Part shown: in pieces, positions 59,433-60,006 of the stretch
Layout: each line of letters opens with the position of its first letter
Numbering within the stretch: the first letter of the stretch is position 1
Assembly (NCBI GenBank): GCA_964633325.1
Contig: CAZWFS010000007.1
Location: forward strand, 1 to 60,006
Direction: 5' to 3'
DNA length: 60,006 nt
DNA from: an uncultured Candidatus Saccharibacteria bacterium
GTDB taxonomy: Bacteria > Patescibacteriota > Saccharimonadia > Saccharimonadales > CAZWFS01
Made by a program: the position numbers and the translations under genes
Notes under the pieces: model-generated
Database searches by the model: none
Seen by the model: only the letters and a program-made list of their open reading frames with translations
Told to the model about the DNA's origin: nothing

Positions 59433-59451
59433 CCAACTGAGCTACCCTGCC
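59411..59451 (-). pseudogene. 5' half of the host tRNA(CAT), followed by a non-pairing degenerate 3' half (59375-59410)
   Basis: GGCAGGGTAGCTCAGTTGGTCAGAGCACAGGACTCATAAGC; acceptor GGCAGGG pairs with CCCTGCT at 52035-52041 and not with the adjacent sequence. Confidence 0.9.
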
Positions 59452-59503
59452 ATATAAGTCTGCAAATATAGCATACCAGTTTGTGAATCAATGGATAGAT
59501 TCA

Positions 59504-59533
59504 CAAAAGCCCCAAGAAGGTTTGGGGCTTTTG
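59504..59533. terminator. Intrinsic terminator-like hairpin
   Basis: CAAAAGCCCCAA-GAAGGT-TTGGGGCTTTTG. Confidence 0.7.
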
Positions 59534-59540
59534 GTAGATA

Positions 59541-59639
59541 CTAGGTAGTATCCACGATTATGACGCGGCGTTTGGCTCTTTGGGCGTGGCGTCGCTTCTT
59601 TGCCGCTTGTTTTACCGGCATGATGTCTTGAATTAACAT
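59541..59639 (-). CDS. Possible 32-aa basic peptide
   Basis: MLIQDIMPVKQAAKKRRHAQRAKRRVIIVDTT; purine-rich sequence upstream, terminator downstream. Confidence 0.35.
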   Translation of the reverse strand: MLIQDIMPVKQAAKKRRHAQRAKRRVIIVDTT

Positions 59640-59721
59640 CTTTTATTCTCTTTCTTTTTTATTTTGCAGGCATCATTTCACTGGCTACAGTTTTTAGTGT
59701 AAATAGGAAGTTGTTTAGGAC

Positions 59722-59817
59722 TTACAAACCGGCCAGAACGGCATCGATCTGCTTGATTTTTTGGTCGGTTGTTGGCACAAATTCATATGCCAATCCCGCG
59801 AATGTCGCAGCTTTCAT
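59722..59817 (-). CDS. Possible 31-aa peptide
   Basis: MKAATFAGLAYEFVPTTDQKIKQIDAVLAGL; GAAGGGG RBS-like sequence and a TATACAAT -10-like box upstream. Confidence 0.35.
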   Translation of the reverse strand: MKAATFAGLAYEFVPTTDQKIKQIDAVLAGL

Positions 59818-60006
59818 CGTAATCCCCCTTCGAATAAATTTAATTGTATAGCAACTTTTGGGCGTTGCCAATAATGGTTTTGTTAATTTTTGTTTGTGAT
59901 CACGAAACATTTACTATTATACATAAGTTTGCTAATAAGTCAATAGTATTATTACCCGAATCTAAAAACCCATCCATACCTGATAGCCCAGTAAAACCCG
60001 CAGATA

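Overview
Bacterial chromosome segment in standard code 11 (TGA is used as a stop). Gene content and style point to Candidatus Saccharibacteria (Patescibacteria/CPR); this is inferred, not searched. Core blocks are a type IV pilus cluster (minor pilins, pilMNO), ruvCAB-yebC-comEC, rimK, hrcA-grpE-dnaK-dnaJ with CIRCE boxes, gmk, lepA, murJ, ftsH, tilS and guaA. Two tRNA-anchored accessory regions stand out. (1) About 17 kb downstream of tRNA-Lys(TTT) (11.3-28.0 kb) is a string of mostly single-gene units. They are separated by at least 9 copies of an unannotated 31-bp site, G(T/C)T(G/C)CAA(C/T)A-N13-CCCTCCAAT, whose right half is in register with the tRNA-Lys 3' end. This looks like an integron-like cassette array with no adjacent integrase. 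(2) A 7.35-kb tyrosine-integrase element (52067-59421) has split a host tRNA(CAT), probably elongator Met, without restoring it. It carries its own complete, different tRNA(CAT), and its integrase ORF runs across the attachment core. Also present: a 196-bp structured tandem repeat carrying tRNA 3' ends, a MITE-like element, two related palindromic intergenic elements, a duplicated hrcA 5' end, and many apparently leaderless promoters.
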